Source: Octopus bimaculoides (Eukaryota). Taken from it: a DNA stretch of 40,800 nucleotides. The notes below the pieces were generated by a model. The model had not been told where the DNA came from, did not search any database, and saw only the letters and a program-made list of their open reading frames with translations. Shown piece after piece: positions 9,249 through 20,039 of this stretch. The stretch is from NCBI RefSeq assembly GCF_001194135.2, contig NC_068987.1:11938627-11979426 (forward strand), written 5' to 3'. Both the position numbers and the translations under genes were made by a program. Positions within the stretch are counted from its first letter, which is position 1. Every line of letters begins with the position of its first letter.

Positions 9249-10301
9249 GTGCAGGAGGTGGTCAAACTCTGTTTAAGGAGTAGACAACCACCATATGTAT
9301 ATATANNNNNNNNNNNNNNNNNNNNNNNNNNNNNNNNNNNNNNNNNNNNNNNNNNNNNNNNNNNNNNNNNNNNNNNNNNNNNNNNNNNNNNNNNNNNNNN
9401 NNNNNNNNNNNNNNNNNNNNNNNNNNNNNNNNNNNNNNNNNNNNNNNNNNNNNNNNNNNNNNNNNNNNNNNNNNNNNNNNNNNNNNNNNNNNNNNNNNNN
9501 NNNNNNNNNNNNNNNNNNNNNNNNNNNNNNNNNNNNNNNNNNNNNNNNNNNNNNNNNNNNNNNNNNNNNNNNNNNNNNNNNNNNNNNNNNNNNNNNNNNN
9601 NNNNNNNNNNNNNNNNNNNNNNNNNNNNNNNNNNNNNNNNNNNNNNNNNNNNNNNNNNNNNNNNNNNNNNNNNNNNNNNNNNNNNNNNNNNNNNNNNNNN
9701 NNNNNNNNNNNNNNNNNNNNNNNNNNNNNNNNNNNNNNNNNNNNNNNNNNNNNNNNNNNNNNNNNNNNNNNNNNNNNNNNNNNNNNNNNNNNNNNNNNNN
9801 NNNNNNNNNNNNNNNNNNNNNNNNNNNNNNNNNNNNNNNNNNNNNNNNNNNNNNNNNNNNNNNNNNNNNNNNNNNNNNNNNNNNNNNNNNNNNNNNNNNN
9901 NNNNNNNNNNNNNNNNNNNNNNNNNNNNNNNNNNNNNNNNNNNNNNNNNNNNNNNNNNNNNNNNNNNNNNNNNNNNNNNNNNNNNNNNNNNNNNNNNNNN
10001 NNNNNNNNNNNNNNNNNNNNNNNNNNNNNNNNNNNNNNNNNNNNNNNNNNNNNNNNNNNNNNNNNNNNNNNNNNNNNNNNNNNNNNNNNNNNNNNNNNNN
10101 NNNNNNNNNNNNNNNNNNNNNNNNNNNNNNNNNNNNNNNNNNNNNNNNNNNNNNNNNNNNNNNNNNNNNNNNNNNNNNNNNNNNNNNNNNNNNNNNNNNN
10201 NNNNNNNNNNNNNNNNNNNNNNNNNNNNNNNNNNNNNNNNNNNNNNNNNNNNNNNNNNNNNNNNNNNNNNNNNNNNNNNNNNNNNNNNCACAGAGACACA
10301 G

Positions 10302-10335
<34 letters not shown>

Positions 10336-10715
10336 ACACACACAGACACACACACACAGACACACACACACACACGCACACACAAAGAAAGCCATTCGTA
10401 AAGACATATTGAGATCACATTAATAATCTTTAAAAATATGAAAATGTATTAAGATAATGAAAACGTCCTTGAGACCTTCATTAATATAATTAGAAAATAC
10501 AGCAACTTCCGGTCAATTATGAAAACGACTTACATTTCTTGAGTAGTGTTTAGGATGTATTAAAGCTTCATATCAGTGAAATGACACCAGATTTTTCCGG
10601 ATGTTTATGTCCAGAATCTCTGCTGACCAAGTGGTTATGTTCGATTGCGCATAACCCGTCACATGGATTCTGCACTTGACAGAATCCACGCGATGGGTTA
10701 AGAAGCCCCAGCTAT

Positions 10716-10935
10716 AAATTTTTTTCCATTCTATGCACAAGGCCCGATATTTTTTGGGAGGGGGTCAGGCGATTAGATAGATCCCAATACGCAACTGGTA
10801 CTTAATTTATCGACCCCGAAAGGATAAAAGGCAAAGTCGACCTCAGCGGAATTTGAAGTCAAAACGTAAAGATAGACGAAATACCGCTAAGCATTTCGTC
10901 CGGTGTGCTAACGTTTCTGACAACTCACCGGCCTA
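10716..10935 (-). mobile_element. SINE family B, full-length
   Basis: GGTACTTAATTTATCGACCCCGAAAGGATAAAAGGCAAAGTCGACCTCAGCGGAATTTGAA core in reverse orientation. Confidence 0.9.
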
Positions 10936-12794
10936 ATGTTATTTAACTTAATAGAAAAATGTTTTCACCGTAGTGTTTTATGGTTTTTGTAGCTACATTC
11001 TTCCTTTACAACTTTTATTCAACGTTTTTCTATTTGAATAAATTTTACCTCTTGTCAGACGTATGTCGTAGGAGTGCCAAGTGGAAAAAAAAACAACGGA
11101 TTTATCTGATATTTCAATAACTTGTTTGACATTCCATCTATTCTGCCCACCCATGATCCTGAATGTAACAGTACAAGTACCAGACGATCCTTGAATCTGA
11201 AACGCTGACTATACTGAGCAAACTACTCTTGTATATTCTGCCAGAGACTCTGAATTCAATTGCTCAAAAGAAAATTAATCCGCTTTATATTTTCGACGGT
11301 ATAGAACGGTAGAAAAGAACAATAATATTGCGCCTTTCATCAACCATTTTTCGTAGCTTCAATATGAGCTTTAATAGAGCCATCGAGATTATAGTTGATT
11401 TCTCATGAATGAAGCGAGACAAATAGCCTCTCAATACTTTTGGAAACGACTTCCTTCAACTGATCAAATAAGGTCATTTTGTATATTAGTTTTCTTGGCT
11501 GGATTAGTTCAAAAATGGAAACTCAGCGACTTCAAGTTAGTCAATTTGCGGCAAAACCGAGCATAAAAAAAAAGCTTGTATTGCAGACTTAAACCGTCGT
11601 CTCGTTAAAACTTACGATCTGGTCTTTGGATATGTTTAGCAAAGTCCTGACCGTGGCAAGCATTCTGGTTACGTTTCTGATCTGAAGATAACGTCCTCTC
11701 TCCTTCCCACCAGTTTCAGAGCCCCTGAAAGCAGTAATCAGCCCTGCTTTTTTTTCCTTGTTTCTATGTCATAAAATGAATGCTTAAAAATCAAATGATG
11801 AAATATCGATTTCTGACATAGACTCAGGGGTTCAAATCTGAGGATGGTGTTTGGGTCGATAATCTCTACCACAGTGCCTAACTGCTACCGTATTCGATCT
11901 ATACCAGAAGGATGAAAAGGAGAGATGAATTCGGTGATATTTAAACTCAAGTCACGAATTACAGCCTTGTTCTTACACAACCAAGTCAGTTTTGACGAAG
12001 ATTAACAAATGCAAAAGTGCTATCCGTTCGATACTCTTATGCTCTATATCTTCTGGTTAAACACTGAGGAATATTTTGTGAAGACATAGAATATATATTC
12101 CAGAGAGTGCTTCAATTCATGAATTTCGCAAAACAACCATATTTTCACATTTAACAATAAAAAATCTAATAAACTCATATATTTCTGTTTAAATTATTTT
12201 TATGTTCAACGATGTTAACTTACAACGGATCACTCATACTCGCACACATTCACATATATAACACACGCGCATACAAAGGCACATGTCTATCAACGTTTGT
12301 GTGCAAGTGTAAATGTAAGCATGCGCGAGTGTGTGTACATGATATATATATATATATATGTGTGTGTATGTGGGTGAGAGAGAGAGAGACAGAGAGACAG
12401 AGAGAATATGTATTTCTTTGCAAACCACGCACATCATCTTAAAAAGGATTGTAACTTATGATTTAAAAGCCAGTGGCCAACATAGATTCTCCTCCGTACA
12501 TGATATGCATCTTCAGGTTGAAAACTATTTTACTTTGCTTATTCTTTTTTTACCAAATGTTAGAAACGAGTATTCGATCAATTTTAAGTTTAGTAATGTC
12601 ATTTTCTTCCGCTTTTGTTTTCTTCTTCAGCTGCTAGTTAAAACAGAAATGTTTTATGTTTCACTCTCGACAATGTTTCTTGGTTCCGGACAACATCCTT
12701 AACATGATATATGCTAAACTGTTACAACTGACGTTAAAACTCTCATTGGATACATTTAGAATTTAGTTGCATCCGATTTGAAATTTACGACCAT

Positions 12795-12852
12795 TATTAT
12801 TATTATTATTATTGTTATTATTATTATTATTATTATTAATATTAATATTATT
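12795..12852 (+). repeat. (ATT)n microsatellite directly upstream of a family B SINE
   Basis: Direct reading. Confidence 0.9.
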
Positions 12853-13074
12853 AAGGCGGTGAACTGGGAGAATCGTTTGCACGCTGGATAAAATGGTTAG
12901 CGGTGTTCCACCCGTCGCTAGGTTCCGAGTTCAAATTCGGCCGAGGTCGACTTTGACTTTCATCCTGATGGGGTTGATAAATTAATTACAAGTGCAACGG
13001 GGGGAATCGATGTAATCGATTAGTCCCCTCGCACCCAATTTCAGGCCTTGAGCCTTCAGTAGAAAGGATTATTA
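12853..13074 (+). mobile_element. SINE family B, full-length
   Basis: AAGGCGGTGAACTGGGAGAATCGTT head, GAGTTCAAATTC B box, family core and AGAAAGGATTATT tail. Confidence 0.9.
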
Positions 13075-13267
13075 TTAATATTATTAATAAGAAGAAAGAG
13101 TGAGAGAAAGAGTACAGCAGGGTTCACCGCCACCCCCTGCCGGAGCCTCGTGGGGCTTTAGGTGTTTTGCTCAATAAACACTCACAATGCTCGGTCTGGG
13201 AATCGAAACCGCGATCCTACGACCGCGAGTCTGCTGCCCCTAACCACTGGGCCATTGCGCCTCCACA
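13075..13267 (-). mobile_element. tRNA-derived SINE (family D) inserted into the tail of the preceding family B copy, with a 14-bp TSD
   Basis: Minus strand GGAGGCGCAATGGCCCAGTGGTTAGG (A box) and GGTTTCGATTCCC (B box). AGAAAGGATTATTA occurs at 13061-13074 and 13268-13281. Confidence 0.85.
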
Positions 13268-13472
13268 AGAAAGGATTATTACTATTTATCTATTGTTATG
13301 CTTTTTTTGCGGTTTAGCAGTTCAGCCACAAGTAGGAAGATCACACTTAAGATGTTTTCTCTCTTTGTTTTTATCTTTGATAGGGTTTCTGAGACTGAAA
13401 GAGGAAGAGGGAGAAACAACAACTCAAGGTCTGCTTGGCTTCTATAGAAAGCAAAGTACTAAATACGAAACA

Positions 13473-13901
13473 CAGTTGTTGGCTTAGCTGTGTTGCGAAA
13501 AGCACTCGTTGCAACCACATGGATTCGGGTTCAGTCCCACTGTGCAGCAAATCTAGAAAATGACTTCTAGCATAGCCCCAGACCGATCAATGCTTTGTGA
13601 ATGAATCTGGAAGAAAGAAACTATAGAAGCCCATCGTTAAAATATATGTGTGTGTGTTTGTATGTGTGTCTTTGTGCTTATACGCCGTCACACCACTTGA
13701 CAACCGGTATTGGCTTGTTTACGTCCTTGTAAGTTAGCAGTTCAGTAAAAGAGACCGAAAGGATAAGCACCCAGCTAAAAAACAAACAAACAAAAAAAAC
13801 AAATAAATGTAATGGGGGTCTATAGGTTCGACTAATCCTTTCAAGATGGTGCCCCAGCATGGCCGCAGTCCAATGACAGATACAAGTAAAAAATAGAAGA
13901 T
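13473..13901 (+). mobile_element. SINE family A, full-length, strongly diverged
   Basis: CAACCACATGGATTCGGGTTCAGTCCCACTG head, internal TG tract and GGTGCCCCAGCATGGCCGCAGTCCAATGAC tail. Confidence 0.8.
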
Positions 13902-14606
13902 AAACGAAAGAATGCTTGTAGCAGAGAAGCCGGCCCCATCCCTCCATTAAGAACACCAAAGGACCAGCGAGTGACGTTAAACGGGATGACGAAAGCATGA
14001 CAGCATTTTTGCCACTTAAATTCCCAGATTCTAAATAATACATTTATTAATCAAACGGCAGATATCAACGAAAAGAAAACGGGTTAATCTTTAGGTTACG
14101 TCAATGAACGCTGATGAGAAAAAATGTTCAAGGACGGCCTTGGATGGGCTTAATTCTTCTTCTTCTCCTCAATGACTTGAGGCAAAAGATTAACAAGACC
14201 ACCTGTTAACAAACAGACCTCAGCTGATAACTGTCGTTGTTACAATTATCAGTAAGCGACTACGTGACAAAACTCGCAGTGACTAGCTGCAAACGCACTT
14301 TTGGTATTGTCATGATTGTTCTCAGGTAAAAGATTATAACACCATGGCCAGGGGTTGTATTCCATGCGATAACCCAATTCCACAATATTTGGCAAGGGAC
14401 AATCTTAACAATGACGTCAAAACACACGCTTGCTTTTGGAGGTTGTAGTGAATTGCTCAAATATATTTTTTGCTAAACACTGATGAGGTAAGAATTAAGA
14501 AGACCATATAATGTTTCAACCGGCGATAATGTAATGCTTGCTGTTATTTGCCGAAACCTTCGTATGATTTATAAGTATAAAAATGATATACTATAATTAC
14601 AATAGT

Positions 14607-14845
14607 GGGGGCGCGTGGCTTAGTGGTGTCAGTACCACGATAGTAAGATTGTGGTTTCGATTCCTGGACCGGGCGACGCGTTGTGTTCTTGAGCAAAACA
14701 CTTCATTTCACGTTGCTCCAGTCCACTCAGCTGGCAAAAATGAGTAACGCTTCGATGGACTGGCGTCCCGTCCAGCTGAAACTGGGAAACCAGGCCCATG
14801 AGTCTGGCTAGGCTTTAAAAAGGCGCATTTATTTATTATTATTTT
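14607..14845 (+). mobile_element. tRNA-derived CORE-like SINE (family E) with an (ATTT)/(ATT) tail
   Basis: GGGGCGCGTGGCTTAGTGGT A box and GGTTTCGATTCC B box. TGTGTTCTTGAGCAAAACACTT is shared with the SINE at 35061. Confidence 0.8.
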
Positions 14846-14904
14846 TTTTATATAAAACTAGGACAGATATAACTGCCTCTCTCCCAAAAGCCTTAAAACT
14901 TCTG

Positions 14905-15748
14905 GAATGTACCTCATATTTCATTGTCTCCGAACGAAATGAAAGGCAAAGATGGCCTTGGTGGCTTTTGAACTCAGAACGTTAAGACAGGCAAAATGCC
15001 GCTAAGCGTTTTTCCGACGCTCTAAAGATTTTACAAGCTCACTGTCTTACACAGCAGTAAAATAACCCTTTCTACTATAGGTACAACGCCTGATATCTGG
15101 AGGGAGGGGACGACTCGATTATACCGACTTAGTACTTGACTAGGTCTTATTTCATCGACCCCTAAAGGATGAAAGGCGAAGTTGCCCTTGGCGGATTTTG
15201 AACCCAGAACGTAAAGACGGCCGCAGTACCACGAAACAGTTTGTCCGACGTTCTAAGGATTCTGCAAGCTCGTTGTCTTACACAGTATTAAAATAATTCT
15301 GTCTATTATAGGTAGAACGCCTGAAATTTTGGGGGGTTTAGGGGACGACTCGATTTATATCGACCCAGCTTTCGACTGGATCTTATTTCATCGACCTCAA
15401 AAGGATGAAAGGTTACATCGACCTCGGTGGCACTTGAACTTAGAACGTAGAGACGGAAGAAATGTTGCTAAGCATTTTGTTCGGCGCGTAAACGATTCTG
15501 CCTAGTCGCTGCCGGAGATAAAGCGGTAAAATAATGCTTTCTACCATAGGCACAAAGCCTTAAATTTGGGGGACCGGGCTAGTAGATTACACCGACCCCA
15601 GTGCTCAACTGGTACTTATTTCATTGACCCCGAAAGGATGAAAGACAAAGTCGACATCGGTGGAATTTGAACACAGAACATAACGGCAGACGAAATACCG
15701 CTAAGCATTTCGCCCGGTCTGCTAACGTTTCTGCCAGCTCGCCGCTTT
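14905..15748 (-). mobile_element. Head-to-tail array of four family B SINE units, period about 230 bp
   Basis: Four GAAAGG..TTTGAAC..GAACGTAA cores on the same strand. The junction TCTTACACAG repeats at 15045-15054 and 15276-15285. Confidence 0.9.
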
Positions 15749-16412
15749 AGACAAAACGCTAAAACAGTAACGTACATTTTACATAATTTCGGGTGATGCT
15801 TTTAGGGAATCTGCTGCAGAGGCCTGTATAAGCCTGGTAGTCCGGGGAGAGGGGAAGAAGGAGGGAACCCACCGGCCTTTGCAGGCGGCACTCAATCTTG
15901 CTAAGCCACTGAGAAGATTCAATGTTTTAGATAGGACAAAAAATGGAAAACTAAACAAAACAAAACAAAATTCCATTTCCATTCATAAATCCACACTCGT
16001 TGTTTTACGTATATATATCATGCGCACAGGTGTCTTGAAAGATTAATTGCTTTTCACCGAAGACTTCTCAAGCTGTGGTTTTTCGTGATGCCATAATCGA
16101 TATGCCGTTCATTTATGTAGCATTTTCTGACCTACAACGTATGTACTGGTCAAGGGTTCGAACGTTTTCTCCGTACAATGTTTATGCTTACATGTTCGTT
16201 GTCATTTTTTAGAATATTTAAAAAAAAAATTATATCTCGAGTACTTGAGATGACAACTCATTATATATGACATACAACTTGAGTAAGTATTAAGTGTGGC
16301 CCATATATCTATCTATCTATCTATCTGTCTGTCTGTCTGATCTTTACAGGAAGAGGTTGACAGTGAGCCATTTACCTGTCTATCAGTCTATAATTTTGTG
16401 TGTATATATATA

Positions 16413-16768
16413 TTCTTTTATTTGTTTCAGTCATTTGACTGTGGCCATGCTGGAGCACCGCCTTCAGTCGAACAGATCAACCCCAGAACTTATTCTCTGT
16501 AAGCCTAGTACTTATTCTATCGATCTCTTTGGCGAACCGCTAGTTTAGGGGGACGTAAACTCACCAGCATCAGTTGGGGGGGGGGAACACAGACACACAA
16601 ACACACACACACACACGACGGGCTTCTTTCAGTTTCTGTCAACCAAATCCACTCACAAGGCTTTGGTCGGTCCGAGGCTATAGAAGAAGACACTTGCCCA
16701 AGGTGGTGGGACTGAACCCGAAACCATGAACTGGTAAGCAAGATACTTACCACACAGCCACGCCTGTG

Positions 16769-16771
<3 letters not shown>
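16413..16771 (-). mobile_element. SINE family A, near full-length, flanked by TA tracts
   Basis: Reverse complement of the 6702-7112 copy. Confidence 0.9.
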
Positions 16772-16819
<48 letters not shown>

Positions 16820-17467
16820 NNNNNNNNNNNNNNNNNNNNNNNNNNNNNNNNNNNNNNNNNNNNNNNNNNNNNNNNNNNNNNNNNNNNNNNNNNNNNNNNN
16901 NNNNNNNNNNNNNNNNNNNNNNNNNNNNNNNNNNNNNNNNNNNNNNNNNNNNNNNNNNNNNNNNNNNNNNNNNNNNNNNNNNNNNNNNNNNNNNNNNNNN
17001 NNNNNNNNNNNNNNNNNNNNNNNNNNNNNNNNNNNNNNNNNNNNNNNNNNNNNNNNNNNNNNNNNNNNNNNNNNNNNNNNNNNNNNNNNNNNNNNNNNNN
17101 NNNNNNNNNNNNNNNNNNNNNNNNNNNNNNNNNNNNNNNNNNNNNNNNNNNNNNNNNNNNNNNNNNNNNNNNNNNNNNNNNNNNNNNNNNNNNNNNNNNN
17201 NNNNNNNNNNNNNNNNNNNNNNNNNNNNNNNNNNNNNNNNNNNNNNNNNNNNNNNNNNNNNNNNNNNNNNNNNNNNNNNNNNNNNNNNNNNNNNNNNNNN
17301 NNNNNNNNNNNNNNNNNNNNNNNNNNNNNNNNNNNNNNNNNNNNNNNNNNNNNNNNNNNNNNNNNNNNNNNNNNNNNNNNNNNNNNNNNNNNNNNNNNNN
17401 NNNNNNNNNNNNNNNNNNNNNNNNNNNNNNNNNNNNNNNNNNNNNNNNNNNNNNNNNNNNNNNNNNN

Positions 17468-17690
17468 GTCTATCTGTCTAACTGAGTCTGTCTGAATGTC
17501 TGTCTGTCTATCTCTTTATGTACGTATGTATGTACGCTCGTACGTACGTATGCATATTTGTTTGTATGCCTGCCTGCTTGTCCGTTTGCCTGTCTATCTG
17601 TCTAACTGAGTCTGTCTGAATGTCTGTCTGTCTATCTCTTTATGTACGTATGTATGTACGCTCGTACGTACGTATGCATATTTGTTTGTA
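17468..17690 (+). repeat. Identical 99-bp tandem duplication, period 124
   Basis: 17468-17566 equals 17592-17690. It begins at the edge of an N gap. Confidence 0.9.
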
Positions 17691-17782
17691 AGAATGAATA
17701 CATGCATGAGTCGAGGAATTGTGTGGCGGGTGTGTGTATATGTCTGTGTACAAACTCGAACACGCACGCATACTCACACAGA

Positions 17783-17942
17783 CGGTTTCAAATTCTGGCA
17801 TAAGACCAGCAATTTTAGGAAGGGGCTAAATCGATTACATCGATCTCAGTACTTCTCAAGTAGTTATTTCGTCGACCCCCGAAAGGATGAAAGGCTAAGC
17901 ATTTTCCCCGACGTGCTAACGATTTCGCCGATTCACTACCTT
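17783..17942 (-). mobile_element. SINE family B with an internal deletion
   Basis: GTCGACCCCCGAAAGGATGAAAGGC joins directly to TAAGCATTTT, so the B-box segment is missing. Confidence 0.8.
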
Positions 17943-19022
17943 ACACACACCACACACACAGTTTTTCTCTCTTGACAAACTATGTTGATTCGGTTATCTA
18001 TCTATCTATCTATCTATCTANNNNNNNNNNNNNNNNNNNNNNNNNNNNNNNNNNNNNNNNNNNNNNNNNNNNNNNNNNNNNNNNNNNNNNNNNNNNNNNN
18101 NNNNNNNNNNNNNNNNNNNNNNNNNNNNNNNNNNNNNNNNNNNNNNNNNNNNNNNNNNNNNNNNNNNNNNNNNNNNNNNNNNNNNNNNNNNNNNNNNNNN
18201 NNNNNNNNNNNNNNNNNNNNNNNNNNNNNNNNNNNNNNNNNNNNNNNNNNNNNNNNNNNNNNNNNNNNNNNNNNNNNNNNNNNNNNNNNNNNNNNNNNNN
18301 NNNNNNNNNNNNNNNNNNNNNNNNNNNNNNNNNNNNNNNNNNNNNNNNNNNNNNNNNNNNNNNNNNNNNNNNNNNNNNNNNNNNNNNNNNNNNNNNNNNN
18401 NNNNNNNNNNNNNNNNNNNNNNNNNNNNNNNNNNNNNNNNNNNNNNNNNNNNNNNNNNNNNNNNNNNNNNNNNNNNNNNNNNNNNNNNNNNNNNNNNNNN
18501 NNNNNNNNNNNNNNNNNNNNNNNNNNNNNNNNNNNNNNNNNNNNNNNNNNNNNNNNNNNNNNNNNNNNNNNNNNNNNNNNNNNNNNNNNNNNNNNNNNNN
18601 NNNNNNNNNNNNNNNNNNNNNNNNNNNNNNNNNNNNNNNNNNNNNNNNNNNNNNNNNNNNNNNNNNNNNNNNNNNNNNNNNNNNNNNNNNNNNNNNNNNN
18701 NNNNNNNNNNNNNNNNNNNNNNNNNNNNNNNNNNNNNNNNNNNNNNNNNNNNNNNNNNNNNNNNNNNNNNNNNNNNNNNNNNNNNNNNNNNNNNNNNNNN
18801 NNNNNNTGTAAGTCCAGTGTGTAGAAGCAGGAATCTCTGTAGTAAAGTCCGATTCCGTCAGTCTATATCGGTTGAGCAGTAAAGTGGAGTTTCTCTTATT
18901 CTTGTAGACGTTATCATTCTTAAGTTTTTCACTCATTCTCTGAAGTCCCATTTGGTCTTATATATTTTCGTTTTTAATTTTTTCTTCTTCTTCTTACAAA
19001 TACTTTATTGCCGTTGCTTCTT

Positions 19023-19102
<80 letters not shown>

Positions 19103-19110
19103 GCTGTTGT
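19023..19110 (+). repeat. (CTA)n microsatellite grading into (GTT)/(GCT)
   Basis: Direct reading. Confidence 0.95.
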
Positions 19111-19579
19111 TGTTGCTACTGCTGATGTTGCCACTTAACCTCAGAGATTATGTGGAGGTAATAGTCGTTGGTTGATGTTGCTCGTTGTGATGATATTAGT
19201 GCTGGTGGTAGTAGAATTTGTGTTAACCAGAACCTAAGATATTCTCGTAAACAGATGTGCTTCTCGGTGGGGATAGCTTTATCTGTTTTTTTTTTCTTCT
19301 TTGTTTGTGTATTTTGTTTTTCATTTACATTTTTGTTTTGTTCTGTTTGAAGATAAGCGAAAAGCAGTGGTGAACGATAAGTGTTACACCACGTGAATGA
19401 ATGCGTTTGCAGTTGTGTCATTATAAACGTTGTTTTTGTTATTCAGCCCCCAGGTCGACCTCAATTAAGAAAGCTTTATAGTCAAAGGGCAATCGAGTCG
19501 TGACCATCACGTTTTATTTTCAAAACCAGTGTTATTCATAGAACTACATTAACCGAAAGTTTCTTTTCATTTCTTAAAC

Positions 19580-19941
19580 AGGCGCAGGTGTGGCTGTGTT
19601 GTAAATAGCTTGCTTAACAACCACATGGTTACGAGTTCAATCCCACTGCGTGGCACCTTGGGCAAGTGTCTTCTACTATAGCCTCGGGCCGACAAAAGCC
19701 TTGTGAGTGGATTTGGTAGACGGAAACTGAAAGAAGTCCTTCGTATATGTGTGTGTGTATTTGTCCTCCCAAAATCGCTTGACAACCGAAGCGGTGTGTT
19801 TACATCCCCGTAACCTAGCGGTTCCGCAAAAAAAAAAAAGAAAGATAGAATAAGTACTAGGCTTACAAAAAGAACGGTAGAATAAGTACCAGGCTGACAA
19901 AGAATAACTGAAGGCGGTGCTCCAGCATAGCCGCAGTCAAA
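19580..19941 (+). mobile_element. SINE family A, near full-length
   Basis: AGGCGCAGGTGTGGCTGTGTTGT head through GGCGGTGCTCCAGCATAGCCGCAGTCAAA tail. Confidence 0.9.
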
Positions 19942-20039
19942 GTTTACATCACCCCTTCTTTCCTTATTCATCTATCACCCTTTCCTTTCTCATTCATATG
20001 CTGTGACGGAGAAAAATACAAGAGTATTATTATAGTAGA

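Noticed and set aside
14905-15748. Regular repeat array considered as a CRISPR array
   Set aside because: The units are about 230-bp SINE copies, not short repeats with unique spacers. The context is eukaryotic and there are no cas genes.
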